NCBI RefSeq assembly: GCF_964204865.1
Contig: NC_135250.1
Location: 1,426,001 to 1,490,000, forward strand
Length of the DNA: 64,000 nucleotides
From: Styela clava
Taxonomy: Eukaryota
Direction of reading: 5' to 3'
Position 1 is the stretch's first letter, and each line of letters starts with the position of its first letter. Below, in pieces: positions 25,083-36,522 of the stretch. The notes beneath the pieces were generated by a model. The model worked only from the letters and a program-made list of their open reading frames with translations. It was not told where the DNA came from and did not search any database. Made by a program: the position numbers and the translations under genes.

Positions 25083-27629
25083 TAGTTGTTTATCGATATT
25101 TTACACATATTAATGCACACGTTATAAACTATTTAAACTGCACAAAAACTAGAATGCGACCTGCGTGTAAGGCAAGAAAAGGTTCCATTAAATATTGAAC
25201 ATATTGAGTAGTTCGGAGTGAAGAGATACGAAATAAGCTGAAGAAGAAATTTATCAAAAATTGTTGGGAACCATGTCTTATCCCAACTGATCCCTAGCAG
25301 TATTTTTTGACAACCATAATTATATCCCAGTTTCTTTCTGAACCAATTCTTTATCTTTTGATGTTGCTCTCAGCACATAATTCAAGAATAAAGCTTAACG
25401 GTATTTATATTTAATATTATTATCTGCTAAATAAAATAACTTTATTCTAGTACAATAAAAACTATCGTATATCATTTATCTAATACGGTATTATAAAATG
25501 TAAACTCAAGCAGAGTTGGGCAGAACAATTTGGTCTGGTTTGCTTTGATATTATTCCGCATCTGCATTACTAGGAATAACACAAGCATGACTAATCGGAA
25601 ATAATTTCCCGCCCATATCGAATAAAAGAGTAAAGGAGAACATAGCATGCAAATATTGGAATGAGGGGTGAATTTGGCATCTGAGGTGAAATCAATTAGT
25701 CCTTGAGTGAAGATAACTCTATTTTTGGACAACTGTTACCACCTAAATTATGTCTTTTTTTCAAGTAATTGGGATATTGAGGTCAAATGGTCTTATGGTT
25801 ATGATAAACTCGAATAATCCTAACTTGAGGGGGAAAAGGTACCAACAAATCTAGTTCGTCTTTAAACTAACTTCATCCTCATCTACCAAACTATGTCACC
25901 GCAAGCAAAAATGCGGAAACAGCAGCCATATAGAATCAGTTTGGTGGGCATTATTCTGACCAGTCACGCTTCAACGATTCCTAATTACAGAAGCACCGAA
26001 GCGAATCAGACAGCACCCACATTGCAGTTCAAGCTAATATTAAATCATCATTCTGAACCAAACTAGACTAGGATTAACACTAACACCTACTACAGAATAA
26101 TATTTTACACATAATACGTATTTTTAAACATTGATTTTATATAAATTTATACTTGACATATAGAAAAACGAATAAATGAGTAAGAGACATTGGTAATGAC
26201 TGAAACAGCAAAAAAACAATCGTTTGTAGACGATTTGACTACTAAAATACATTATTTTGGGTTTTGTGAAGTATATGGCTAAAGTTTGGTGTATTCGAAT
26301 CGCTAAAGCATTGCGTTTGTAGGTGATCCTATGTGTAATGACAATTTTTCTTACTTTGATCATTTGCCCCAAAGTTGTATATCTATGCTAACCCTGTACA
26401 TATCATGAATCCAATCTACTATTTTTCAAATGAGTTTTTGCACATTCTGGTCCCTAAAATACCAGTTTTATATTTTTAACCCTATTTTTTCCATCTCTTT
26501 TACATTTTCAAGTCATTTCCAATGTCTATATTATTGCACTGAATGCTTGAATATTTTGTCATTATAAGCATAATTGATATGAAATCTCCACATGAGAAAC
26601 GTTCATCTAAACATGACAGATATAAAAAGAAATTCCAGGGCCTGGAGTACTTTGGCAAAAGCGATAGGCTTCTTATCGAGAAGAATGACTATTGTACAGA
26701 ATAATATCGTCCATAATGAGAGATTAGTGCAAATCACTTATTATTCTAAGAAGTCATGCGTGTATTTTGTGTAGGATATCGATGCGGTTTCCCGATTTGA
26801 CACTACCCATGAGATAAGTACCACATCATTCTGTACTTCCCTTAATTGCTCAAAAAGTAAGCATATATGCTCGTCAGCGATATAAAACAATTTTCAGAAT
26901 TTGCCCCTTTGCCTGGTTATTCTGTTTATTTTATTACTGTATTTGTACGAGACTTGGCCTTAGTTTTGTTAAGATAGAGCGACAAAACTCTTGAATGATA
27001 TCTACATTTAGGCAGTTACAAAATTTGACTGAAAGTAGCAAAACCATAATATATTATGTATATATGTAACAAAAAATTATCATAAATCATAATTCAACAG
27101 TCAAAAATCATACAGAAAAATAATAATTTCAATCATTTTCCGAATCCATTTTGTACAAGTAGGCAGCATTATGTAGGGTGTTCATAAAGTCATAAATTAA
27201 ATAAGTTGGGAAAACTTTGATGTGCTTCGTGTACCTATGATGTAAAAAACTTAAATAAACAAGGACTATATTAAAAAAAACTTAGATGAGATGTATTGAG
27301 ACTTGATAATAAAATTTAAATGGTGAAAGAATGGGAAAAGGGGTTGAAACCAGAGATATTTGGGATGCGACGCCAACATAGTTTGGCCCAATTAACATCA
27401 ACTTGGAAAAAAAAAATTACAGCAACAGCACTTAGTTATATAGATCAGGATTATTCTGACTAGTCACACTTGATAATTCCTGAAAATGCAGAAGTTGAAA
27501 GTGTTTGAAAGAACAGATATAAATTTCATAGGGGCTATTAAATAAGTTTCACCCGAAACAAAACAACTTATTATGATATAAAATTACTTTTTAAAATCAG
27601 AATAAAATCAATTGCAAAACTATTCTTCT

Positions 27630-28430
27630 TTAGCTAAGTTTACAGTTCGAATCATCTCTCCTCGATTCTTGTTGCGTTCGGCGTCTACTCGCAGCTCGTC
27701 TTTCTTCTTCCTCTCGTTGAAGCTCCTGAGCCATGATACGATCTTTCTCTTCTTGAGTGAGGGGTTTGGGTTCATCTGCTAATGACATTTGAAGTGCCCG
27801 GGCTAAAGCTTCGTCCTCAGAAAGATTTCCTTGTAATTGTGAAGTCGATATTCCACGATTTTGTCGCTCTGCATTTAAGCTTCGACCAAGATCGTTTAAA
27901 GTTGTTTTTTGTGGTCGTGTTTGCCTCGGTTGTGAAACCGTGTTTCTCGAACTTGAGGCTTTATTAAAACGAAAAATTGCAGCCACGCCAGAGTTTGAAA
28001 TCCCTCGTCCACTGCTTTGAAATCCTTTACAGTCATGGTCTTGCGTATGGCGGTGTCGCAAACAAAAGTTTTGCCGACAGTCTGGGCAAACAACTGGTAT
28101 GAGTTCTTTCTGTTTACACTTTGGAGCTGAACAACGATTAGAATACGCCTGCCTATGTTTTTTCGCTGGATCAGATTGACAATCTCGATCGATATGTTCT
28201 CCAACTTTTATGTCCGCCACTTCACCTCGTGGCACTGGCACTGGCTTATTACAAAGTGGGCAAACTGGAACTTGGACATCTTTCTTATAAGAAGATTCAC
28301 ATTTATGATCTTCGTATCGAATATGGTTTTTACAAAATTGCTTTTCACAAGCGTCGCACTTTATCGGTAAAAAGTCTAACTGGCGACAAAATGAATCTGA
28401 GCAATGGTCTCCTATTTTTGGCAACTCCAT
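27630..28430 (-). CDS. ZFAND2B: AN1-type zinc finger protein 2A/2B (AIRAP/AIRAPL-like), 266 aa, intronless CDS
   Basis: MELPKIGDHCSDSFCRQLDFLPIKCDACEKQFCKNHIRYEDHKC (AN1); CPLCNKPVP..VGEHIDRDC; second AN1 CSAPKCKQKELIPVVCPDCRQNFCLRHRHTQDHDC; VIM-like SGVAAIFRF; UIM LSEDEALARALQMSLAD; C-terminal CAAX CKLS. Confidence 0.95.
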   Translation of the reverse strand: MELPKIGDHCSDSFCRQLDFLPIKCDACEKQFCKNHIRYEDHKCESSYKKDVQVPVCPLCNKPVPVPRGEVADIKVGEHIDRDCQSDPAKKHRQAYSNRCSAPKCKQKELIPVVCPDCRQNFCLRHRHTQDHDCKGFQSSGRGISNSGVAAIFRFNKASSSRNTVSQPRQTRPQKTTLNDLGRSLNAERQNRGISTSQLQGNLSEDEALARALQMSLADEPKPLTQEEKDRIMAQELQREEEERRAASRRRTQQESRRDDSNCKLS

Positions 28431-28576
28431 GATTTCGAAGAAAAATAAATCTGGTCTAAATGTAAATCCAAAACGTCTGTTTCAATTGATGTAACGTAGA
28501 GCAATAGAACCTTCAAAATATAATCGCAATTAAATACCGCAAGACAAGCGCGCGAACAATACCGTACTGTGAAGTC

Positions 28577-28601
28577 CGAAACGTCTAGAAATATCGTGAA
28601 T
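28577..28601. promoter_or_regulatory. Heat-shock-element-like array upstream of ZFAND2
   Basis: cGAAac GTCta GAAat ATCgt GAAt: three perfect GAA at 10-bp spacing with alternating single-mismatch TTC units, about 150 bp upstream of the ZFAND2 ATG. Mammalian AIRAP/ZFAND2A is a known HSF1 target. Confidence 0.5.
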
Positions 28602-28792
28602 CATCATATTTTACAAGTAGTCATGTGATCAAATGCGCTGACTAAAGATATGACGTTATTTAAAATGCCTGTCAAGGTACGATAAAATTGACGCATTCAA
28701 AAGTATTATCCTGGCTTTTTTTTTTCATTCGAATCGTAAATAATCACATTTAATAAATTCACTGAAACGAAATTATAATATTTTTCAGTCGC

Positions 28793-29140
28793 GGCGCGGC
28801 GGTGTGGCTCAACGGGCTAAGCGTTAGGAATACGCTCGCCACCGCACCTCTAACTACTCTGCGTGGGTTCACAGGTTCGAATCCCATGCAGGGATGGTTA
28901 TGTGCGAGAGGATTGCTGGACTCCTCGCCGTCGTTGGGTGGTTCACGTAACCGCTAGTCGGTTACGGCTTCCTCCACCACCAAGTCCATGCTTCCGAAAA
29001 CAAACAATACAGTAAAACTAATCCCATACCCGACTTGGAATGGTAACCGGACGAGAGGCCGTGGTTCGCCATATGGATAAGCCGTCTTATCGGCTTTCCT
29101 CTCCCCCGGGATAAATATGTAAATCCTATCCTATCCTATC
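28793..29140 (+). mobile_element. Full-length young tRNA-derived SINE (~350 bp)
   Basis: A box TGGCTCAACGGG (28805), B box GGTTCGAATCCC (28874), 3' hairpin AAGCCG-TCTTAT-CGGCTT, (CCTAT)n tail, flanking CAGTC repeats as likely TSD. Near-identical to 3103-3444. Confidence 0.92.
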
Positions 29141-29822
29141 CAGTCACAAGATGCCGTAAGAGTTTTTTTTTTATTTTGGGCTAGTTCGATTGCGATCGTC
29201 GTCTGGTACGGAATTCTAAAAATTTTGGATTTACTTCTGTCTGATTTGGAACGGGATATTAAAGGGGAACTCTGAAGCAGTCGAGAAAAGATTTACTAAG
29301 ATCTGAAGTTTATGTGAGTAATACCTATCTAACTACATTTTGTTGTACTGTGGCTTTATCGTATGTAATTTGGCGAAAACGCGATGTGGGTTGTTGGATA
29401 ATTTGTTTTGCTACCGGTACATTGGGTGTATTGTATTGTAGTGCTATTGTGGTTTTCCTCGGCAAAATCGATCAACTCTCAGTATTGAAAGTATTTCACT
29501 TCAATAGGGATAATGGTAGTTTTTCTATTTTACTGAAAAGTCTAGACGAGAGATTACTCTTACAGTCGTACTAGATTACTAGAACTAGTCTGTTTACTCT
29601 TTCTAAGTACCGTACTCTTACCGTTATGTTAGTGTGATGTTGCTGACTTTTTTTTTTATTTACATTTCATCTTTATTCTCCGTATTATATCATTGGTGTA
29701 CGCCATACATATATATCGTAAATAAGGCAGGCCTCGATTACCTCCATCGGTACCAGTACCGGTAGGATATGATTTACATAATTATCCCGGGGGAGACTGG
29801 GAGAGGAAAGGGATAATAAGGC

Positions 29823-31788
29823 TAGGGATGCCACTTTTGGATTTACGAATCGGATCGATTCGAATCGCATCTTTTCCGAATCGATTCGAATCAGATTTAC
29901 GCGATTCGGAAACAGAGGGCGATTTACCGGAAAAAAAAAACATTGAACGTTTGTTAAATCGTTGTTTTCGGCGGCTTTAAATCTGCCGAATGCGTTTATG
30001 CGGCACTCCAAATACCACCAAATTACGAGACCGAAAAAAATACATTGCCCGTTTGTTAATCGTTGTTTTCGGCGGCGTTAAAACTGCCGAATGCGTTTAT
30101 GCGGCAGTCCAAATAACACCAAATTACGGAACGGAAATAAATGAAAATGAATTTTCGTGATTGACTTTTTTACTTATCTGCTGTCTTTTGTTCAAGTTCG
30201 GCACAACACACTCTTTTACGCTTCACTCGTGATGATTGTGTGGCGTAATTTCCACCGAACTGCGAGTTCCGTTTTCCACTAAATAGCCTAAGTTTCTCTT
30301 TTGCGCGAATTTGAATAGATCGTATACCTAAAAATTCGTGACAATTTTGATGGAAATTTTCAACAGCACACCTGCGCTGCGACTAAGTTATTGTACGCCC
30401 TTACATGATTGGATAAAGAATCAGCTACCGACGTCTGGATAATATTTAATTTTGATTGGAATTTGATTTAAACTTTGTTCTGAGTGAAATATTTCGCGTA
30501 CATTCGAAGAGAAATATTACTGAATGAGTTCATCGGCCGGCAATGTTAATTGACAATCATGGTTCTCATCCTAAAATATATATTTATTTTGTTTGCGTTT
30601 GTCAGGCTTCCACTCGAGTGGCGGTAAACGAAATCAGGAAGACACAATGTAATAGTACATACACGTCTTTTTTAAGCTGTCCCAAAAAAAAGTATTTTCT
30701 TTTAATTTTGTTAGCGCGATACAAGCGGGAATAAAATATTTCGGATTATTTCTAGCAAATGTCATAACGGACAGGTGGGAGTAAATAATACTTGAGGAAT
30801 GGCAACTTGTGCAATGTTTTACATCAACACGTGCCAGATTTCATACCAGACCAAGCATACTGTGCTAATGTCGTCTTACTTTAGCCCCAGCGACCATGTT
30901 TGATCGAGATAAAGCGCCTACCAATTATCGCTCGTCAGCGCGGCGTCCATTATGCACATTTGGACTTTCGAATTACGAAATTAAACGTAGTCCACGATAA
31001 TAATGGTGCCCGAGTTAGCCAATAACGCTGTTAGCCAATAATATTGTCCCTAATATTTATGGAAATTTTTGTTTGCAATCGTAGTCTGGTGAACATTTTT
31101 TTCTCGAAATTAATGTAATTTAATCGTGGTTAATTTTATCGTTTTCAATCATATTCTTGCAAGCATTTCCCATTTATAGTAATTCAGATGCAATTAGAAT
31201 GTTTTTGTCGTATTACTCTATGCTGCTAGCATAAATATAAAATATTGTACTAAAATTTTAAAGATAAAGAATCGGTAATAAGGCCGGCCTTAATTTAATA
31301 TAACAAGTGAAATACCACAGTCACATATACTGGTGTGGGACTAGGGAAAGCAGTGCTGTTACTGTGTTTATGACATAACAGTACAAATGTTCCCTATTTA
31401 TCTTCTCATATGAATTCCATCAAATTGCCTCAGTCCTCATACAAGTATGACACAATAATAACTCAGTATTGTAAGACTCACAGATAAGTTGCAACAGCAA
31501 GTTTTTCATCAATGCGTTTATTGGTGATATCTATGACCTACCTCTTTTTTTATCATGATGGAAATAAGTGTGGCTTATTTACTGAAAAACCCTTATCATC
31601 CTTACTATATAGCGTATTCCATTTTCAAGTTTTTCTCTTCTAGATTTGAGCCTTTTTGTGACTTTAAGCAAACATACGCATGCAATGAAAAAAAAAGCTT
31701 AATGGAATCAGATTCGGAAAGATTCGATTCGAAAATTTTTGATTCGAGATTCGATTCGAAAAAAATGTATCCAGAAGTGGCAACCCTA
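29823..31788. mobile_element. Non-autonomous hAT-type DNA transposon (1966 bp) inserted into a SINE
   Basis: TIRs TAGGGATGCCACTTTTGGAT / ATCCAGAAGTGGCAACCCTA; 8-bp TSD AATAAGGC / AATACGGC; subterminal GATTCG arrays at both ends; internal ~100 bp tandem duplication at 29928-30135. SINE halves lie at 29763-29822 and 31789-32066. Confidence 0.9.
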
Positions 31789-32329
31789 AATACGGCTTAA
31801 CCATACGGCGAACCGCGGCCTCTAGTCCGGTTACCATTCCATGTTGGGTATGGGATTAGTTAGTTATTTGTTTTCGGAAGCATGGACTTGATGGTGGAGG
31901 AAGCCGTAATCGACCTGTGTTTACGTGAACCACCCTACGGCGGCGAGCAGTCCAGCACTTCCCTCGCACATAACTATCTCCGCGTGGGATTCGACCTGCG
32001 AACCCATGCAGAGTAATTAGAGGTGCGGTGGAGAGCGTGTTCCTAACGCTTAGCCACACTGCCGCCCCTGCATGGTCTTGAAAAATATCTTCTAGGAATA
32101 CACGTTCTGTTAATTCACCATTTACCAACTGAGCAGAAGTATATATATATATAAACGTTGCTACTTTTTCTGCGTCCGCAACCTATGCAATTTTTGCGGT
32201 CCAATTTTCTGTTTGATTAATGAATTTCTAGCTTTAAAATTTTTTGTATATATTAAATTGCATAAGATGATGACATGATGCATATTATGTAATATATGGC
32301 GAATTTGAAACTCGCAGATAGGTTTTCAG

Positions 32330-32640
32330 AGGATAGCATTTCCATATTTATCCCGGGGTAGAGGGGCCGATAAGACGGCTTAATCATATGGCGGACCACG
32401 TTCACTTGCACCTGTTATCTGCCCATGGCGTGTATGGGATTAGTTTACCATTTATTTATTTCAGATGCATGGACTTGATGGTTGAAGCCATAACCGACCA
32501 ATGGTTGCGTGAACCACCCTACGGTGGCGAAATGTTCAGCAATCCTTCCGCACATAATTCTCCCCACGGGATTCGGACCTGCGAACTCAAGCAGAGTAAT
32601 CAGAAATGCGACGGCAGGCATATTCCTAACGCTCAGCCCG
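32330..32640 (-). mobile_element. Diverged SINE copy
   Basis: catatttatcccggggta..gccgataagacggcttaatcatatggcg..gaaccaccctacgg..attcctaacgctcagcccg. Confidence 0.85.
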
Positions 32641-33688
32641 TCAATTAACTATTACCGTATTTTACGGATCAAGGCGCACTTTAAATTCCTTTTTGCCAAA
32701 AATTGATTATGCGCCTCATAAGCCGGCTCGCCTACTGTATTGATCAGGTACTGTGCTTTATTACCTACAATCAAAACCATTACCAGTACCCGTAAAGTCT
32801 TATAATCCGCTTTATATAAGAACGAAAATTCAATCTGAGCATTTTGTTGCTTTATTTTTAACAGTTTTTTTTCGTTCGCGGTGGGAAACGATTTTGTAAA
32901 ATGTTTTTTTTTGTAAAAAATACAGCATGACAAATATAACACACACAGAAATACAAATTGCAAAGCCAAACACGGCGATGTGAAACATTCTCCTGGTTGA
33001 AATTACGTACCTGTATCGCCTTTCCTGCGTTTTTATAACTATATGTGTAGGATATTATCATTTGCTATCTTGAAGGCATATTTAAGTATCAAGAGTAAAA
33101 CTTACGATATATCTCCGCTAGAATCGTATGTGAGCTATATGCAAACATTGTTTACCATCCGGGAGTCTAGTTCAAGTTCCCGTTTGCAACAATCGTCCTT
33201 TGTTCGTCTTAACTTCGGTCGGTTCTAGTATGTGCAGAAAGAAAGAAATGTTGTCTGTATTGAGTTGGTTCAGACAGTTAAATCGGGGAAATTGTTCCTG
33301 CGACCGAAAATCGGCTTTGGCATCGCATATATAGTTCAAGTGTGTACACATAAAAATAACTGTAATAGAGATGGTACACGGAGTAAGTTGTGTGAAATCG
33401 TTCTTGTAATTAAAGTTCAATTATCAAGGATTTGAATATTTTCAAATTTCATTACAGAGTCACCTTAATTGTGACTTAGTTTCATTTAATTCATACTGAG
33501 TGCTTATTGCCGCGATATATGTATATATATCAACAAAACAAAATACACTTCATATTTTTTCACAAAAATTATTTTTGGTTATTTTAAAAGAGCAATGCTG
33601 AGCAATATTTTTGAAAACAGCTAGAGTCTTGGACCATAATTAATGCATGAGCGTCGTTATTGTTCATTCAGAACTAGGAATAATAAAT

Positions 33689-35647
33689 ATGGATTTGTTA
33701 AAATTGTTAGGTCAGTCAATGGAAGGTGTTGGAGATCGACCGAGCACCTCGCGCAAAAATTCCGGACCGGTAGATATCCATAGTGGATTCCAGGGACTTA
33801 TTGACGAGCTCGATACAATGGCGGAAGCTGTAGGCATTCCCAAGAGTCAACTTCTTGACACATGGGCCACCCTTGGTATTACCAAAGCATATCGTCACAG
33901 TCGACAACGCATATTCAAAGTGGCTGATAAAATATCGGCGGGCTTGGTTGGCAATGAAACTATAAAGAATATCAGAGGCGTTGAAACGCCATTATCGAGC
34001 GTGGAAGAGTGGGATTTTCAATTGGGTGATATGGTAAAAGTTAAATACCCATTAAAAGATTTCGAGTCCATTCAGAGGAGGACTATAGGTTGGGTGCCAC
34101 GTCTTGCTTTAGTACATGGTCACATTGGAGTAGTAACTAAAATCGCGTCAAAATTTGACAATGCTATCAACGTTTTGTTTCGCGATATTTTCCATAGTTG
34201 TACTCTGTATGCAGGCGTTCTTGAAAAGGTCTCAACTGACAACATTGTTCATCGTTCTTCGCGATGGAAAGTCGGAGATATAGTCAAACTAAATTCTGAC
34301 GGTTTACTTGTACCTTTGTTACAGATCGGATTGGGATATATTCCCAAGGAATGCTTCGGTAAGAAAGGGAGAGTCACGGCCATAGCTCCTTTTCACGTGG
34401 AGGTGACGTTTAATGGGATGGAAAGCATCCAAATATCTTCTGCTTTGTTAGAATCGTGCGCTGACCAGGTCCCTATCGCAAGAACTAACACAGCTTCAAT
34501 TACCAACTTTGGAGTCGGCGAAAGAGTCAAAGTAATTGACAACATGAAAAATCTGATTGCAAATCAAAAAGATGAAGGTGGCTGGTACAAAGAAATGAGC
34601 AAAATTAAGGGACAGGAAGTAACCATCGTCATTATCGGAGAAGACTCAACTCTTCATGTACAAGCTATACATGGTCGATCTTGGATAGTTTCATCCAAAT
34701 CCTTATTAAAGTTAGACGCCCAACAACCTGCCTTCGACGATGATTTGAAATTTTCTCCAAAGGATTTAGTCAAAATAAAAATTCCTCAAACTATTCGAAT
34801 GACGCTCGGCTCACAAAATATTCCGTTCATATTTCTTGAATATCTGAGAACAGTTGGTGAAATAGTGTACGTTGATGACACGCTCAACTGCTATGTCAAG
34901 TTCAACAAATCGCAAAAAATTATGGTGAACCCCCGAGCTCTCAGAAAACCTACGGCGAACGAAGTCGTGAACTATCAGAACATTCAAGCTCAAGTTGACA
35001 ATATCAAGCAAGGTGACGACGTTCTTCTTGATGTCGGCCCGCCCAACTATGTTCAAGCCGTTCTTCAAGATTCAGATTTTGATGGACAGGTGAAAATGGC
35101 ACTGACTAATCCTGCAAAACTTGTGGGTTTTATTGACTACGACACAGCGGTCATTGAATACCAAAGTGGCGTGAGATACCGAATTGGAATGAAATATCTA
35201 ACAGTTCCTGACAAATTCAAGGCGAAAGATACTAAAACTATATTGGATTTCAAGACCGCGGAAGCGATACGTGACATGATCGCCAAAGCCGTACGTGCCC
35301 TCACTGCCCTGTATAATGAAGATGATATGGATGCAATTAACTGTAATGTCGATGTCACATCCCTGGTATATGGCTGCCCTCCTTCTATAGAGGTGCGCAT
35401 TCAATTATTGACCGCACAACTTGAAGATGTGGTTAGTTGGCTACAGAAATATTCCGGTTGGGAAATTTTCGAATTTTTCCCAGGCCAATTCCTCTTGACC
35501 GAAGTCGACGGATTTGATAGCGAGATAAAGCTGTCAATTATTTTCAACGACAACGGAAATGTTGTTGAGGAACAACGTCTTACCGTCGCCACGAGAAATA
35601 TTATCAATATAGCCCACGTAGATCAGGTGAACAACGTGATTAACTGA
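33689..35647 (+). CDS. Mind bomb SH3 (REP/SH3_15)-repeat protein 1, about 652 aa, single coding exon; no RING/ankyrin/ZZ
   Basis: Long uninterrupted ORF. Five repeats of the form F.hGD.V.h......Q...GW......G..G.V..h.....h.V.f......h....L (DFQLGDMVKV, RWKVGDIVKL, NFGVGERVKV..QKDEGGWYKEM, KFSPKDLVKI, NIKQGDDVLL). The start was moved to MDLLKLL (33689) because it aligns with the paralog's MDLAELL and follows a splice acceptor ttcattcag at 33671. Confidence 0.85.
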   Translation: MDLLKLLGQSMEGVGDRPSTSRKNSGPVDIHSGFQGLIDELDTMAEAVGIPKSQLLDTWATLGITKAYRHSRQRIFKVADKISAGLVGNETIKNIRGVETPLSSVEEWDFQLGDMVKVKYPLKDFESIQRRTIGWVPRLALVHGHIGVVTKIASKFDNAINVLFRDIFHSCTLYAGVLEKVSTDNIVHRSSRWKVGDIVKLNSDGLLVPLLQIGLGYIPKECFGKKGRVTAIAPFHVEVTFNGMESIQISSALLESCADQVPIARTNTASITNFGVGERVKVIDNMKNLIANQKDEGGWYKEMSKIKGQEVTIVIIGEDSTLHVQAIHGRSWIVSSKSLLKLDAQQPAFDDDLKFSPKDLVKIKIPQTIRMTLGSQNIPFIFLEYLRTVGEIVYVDDTLNCYVKFNKSQKIMVNPRALRKPTANEVVNYQNIQAQVDNIKQGDDVLLDVGPPNYVQAVLQDSDFDGQVKMALTNPAKLVGFIDYDTAVIEYQSGVRYRIGMKYLTVPDKFKAKDTKTILDFKTAEAIRDMIAKAVRALTALYNEDDMDAINCNVDVTSLVYGCPPSIEVRIQLLTAQLEDVVSWLQKYSGWEIFEFFPGQFLLTEVDGFDSEIKLSIIFNDNGNVVEEQRLTVATRNIINIAHVDQVNNVIN

Positions 35648-36522
35648 AACCAAATTTCCACTTTACCACAGATTTTTTTTTATAGTATGTACATATCAAG
35701 ATACTGTTCACAGTTTGATAAAGTACTTCATATTTAAATCAAGTGTTTTTTCTCGTTCCACTTTCGACTGAGCGATTTCTGAATTCTATAAAATGGAAAT
35801 ATTGTCGATCGAACTTATTTGGCTTCGGTTGTCTTGCGCAATACCATCCATCACCCAAATATGTTAATATTTGTATTTGTGATACGGAGTGGAACACGGC
35901 AATATGCAAGAAAACCTTCTGTATGTTAAAAACAATGAGCAAAAGTAACCCTCTCGGAAAGTTGTTTCTGACAAACTAAATGGGAGATTGAACTGTTAAG
36001 TTCGATGCTGTATAGTTGTAATTTTGTAAAGGCATGATCGTTTTTACTCGTATTTTATTTGTATATATTGCAACTTTATATTATATTAAAAACTGGAAAA
36101 AAAAAATTCTGATTTCTTCTTATTTCAAAAGTGCAAACATTCTATCGTATTTGGGCCGTACATTCATATATATATTTTACTTATTCATCCATAACTATTA
36201 CGGCACACATGTTTACCAATGCTTTAAAACTACATTAACACTATGAGCAATGTGTCGCGTAACACTATACTAGGGTTGAACACTGGTGACGGTGGTTTAC
36301 GGGTAAAGGTCGACGAATTTGTACAAACTCTATGGTAAATGCTTGAATCACCCAAGCATAAACCCTGTTCGACATCTTCGTTCAACAAGCGCTGTTCAAT
36401 CTACAGTTAATTGAAACATTAACATCAATTCCAATTATCAGAACAATATTGTGGATCTTCATTCTGACAAAAATATTTTGACAAAATAATTATACACACA
36501 AACATTTATATATACATTTTAC

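Noticed and set aside
9040-28430. Trans-spliced operon of ZFAND2-SUB1-FN3A (all minus strand, acceptors just before ATGs)
   Set aside because: The intergenic gaps are several kb, and a CpG-rich promoter-like patch lies upstream of FN3A; not supportable without SL-seq data.
28801-28890. tRNA gene (A and B boxes present)
   Set aside because: The spacer is too long, there is no clean cloverleaf, and it continues into a SINE body and tail; multicopy.
29836-29910. CRISPR-like or iteron-like short repeats (GATTCG/CGAATC arrays here and at 31705-31760, 39015-39095, 41075-41150)
   Set aside because: These are subterminal transposase-binding repeats of hAT elements bounded by TIRs and TSDs; no repeat-spacer periodicity, and the context is eukaryotic.
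33647-33688. Upstream ATG start (MSVVIVHSELGIIN) for Mib-repeat protein 1
   Set aside because: It spans a splice-acceptor-like ttcattcag and is not conserved in the paralog, which starts at the equivalent MDL.
33689-35647. Calling these genes MIB1/MIB2
   Set aside because: No ZZ finger, MIB/HERC2, ankyrin or RING motifs, and five rather than two repeats.
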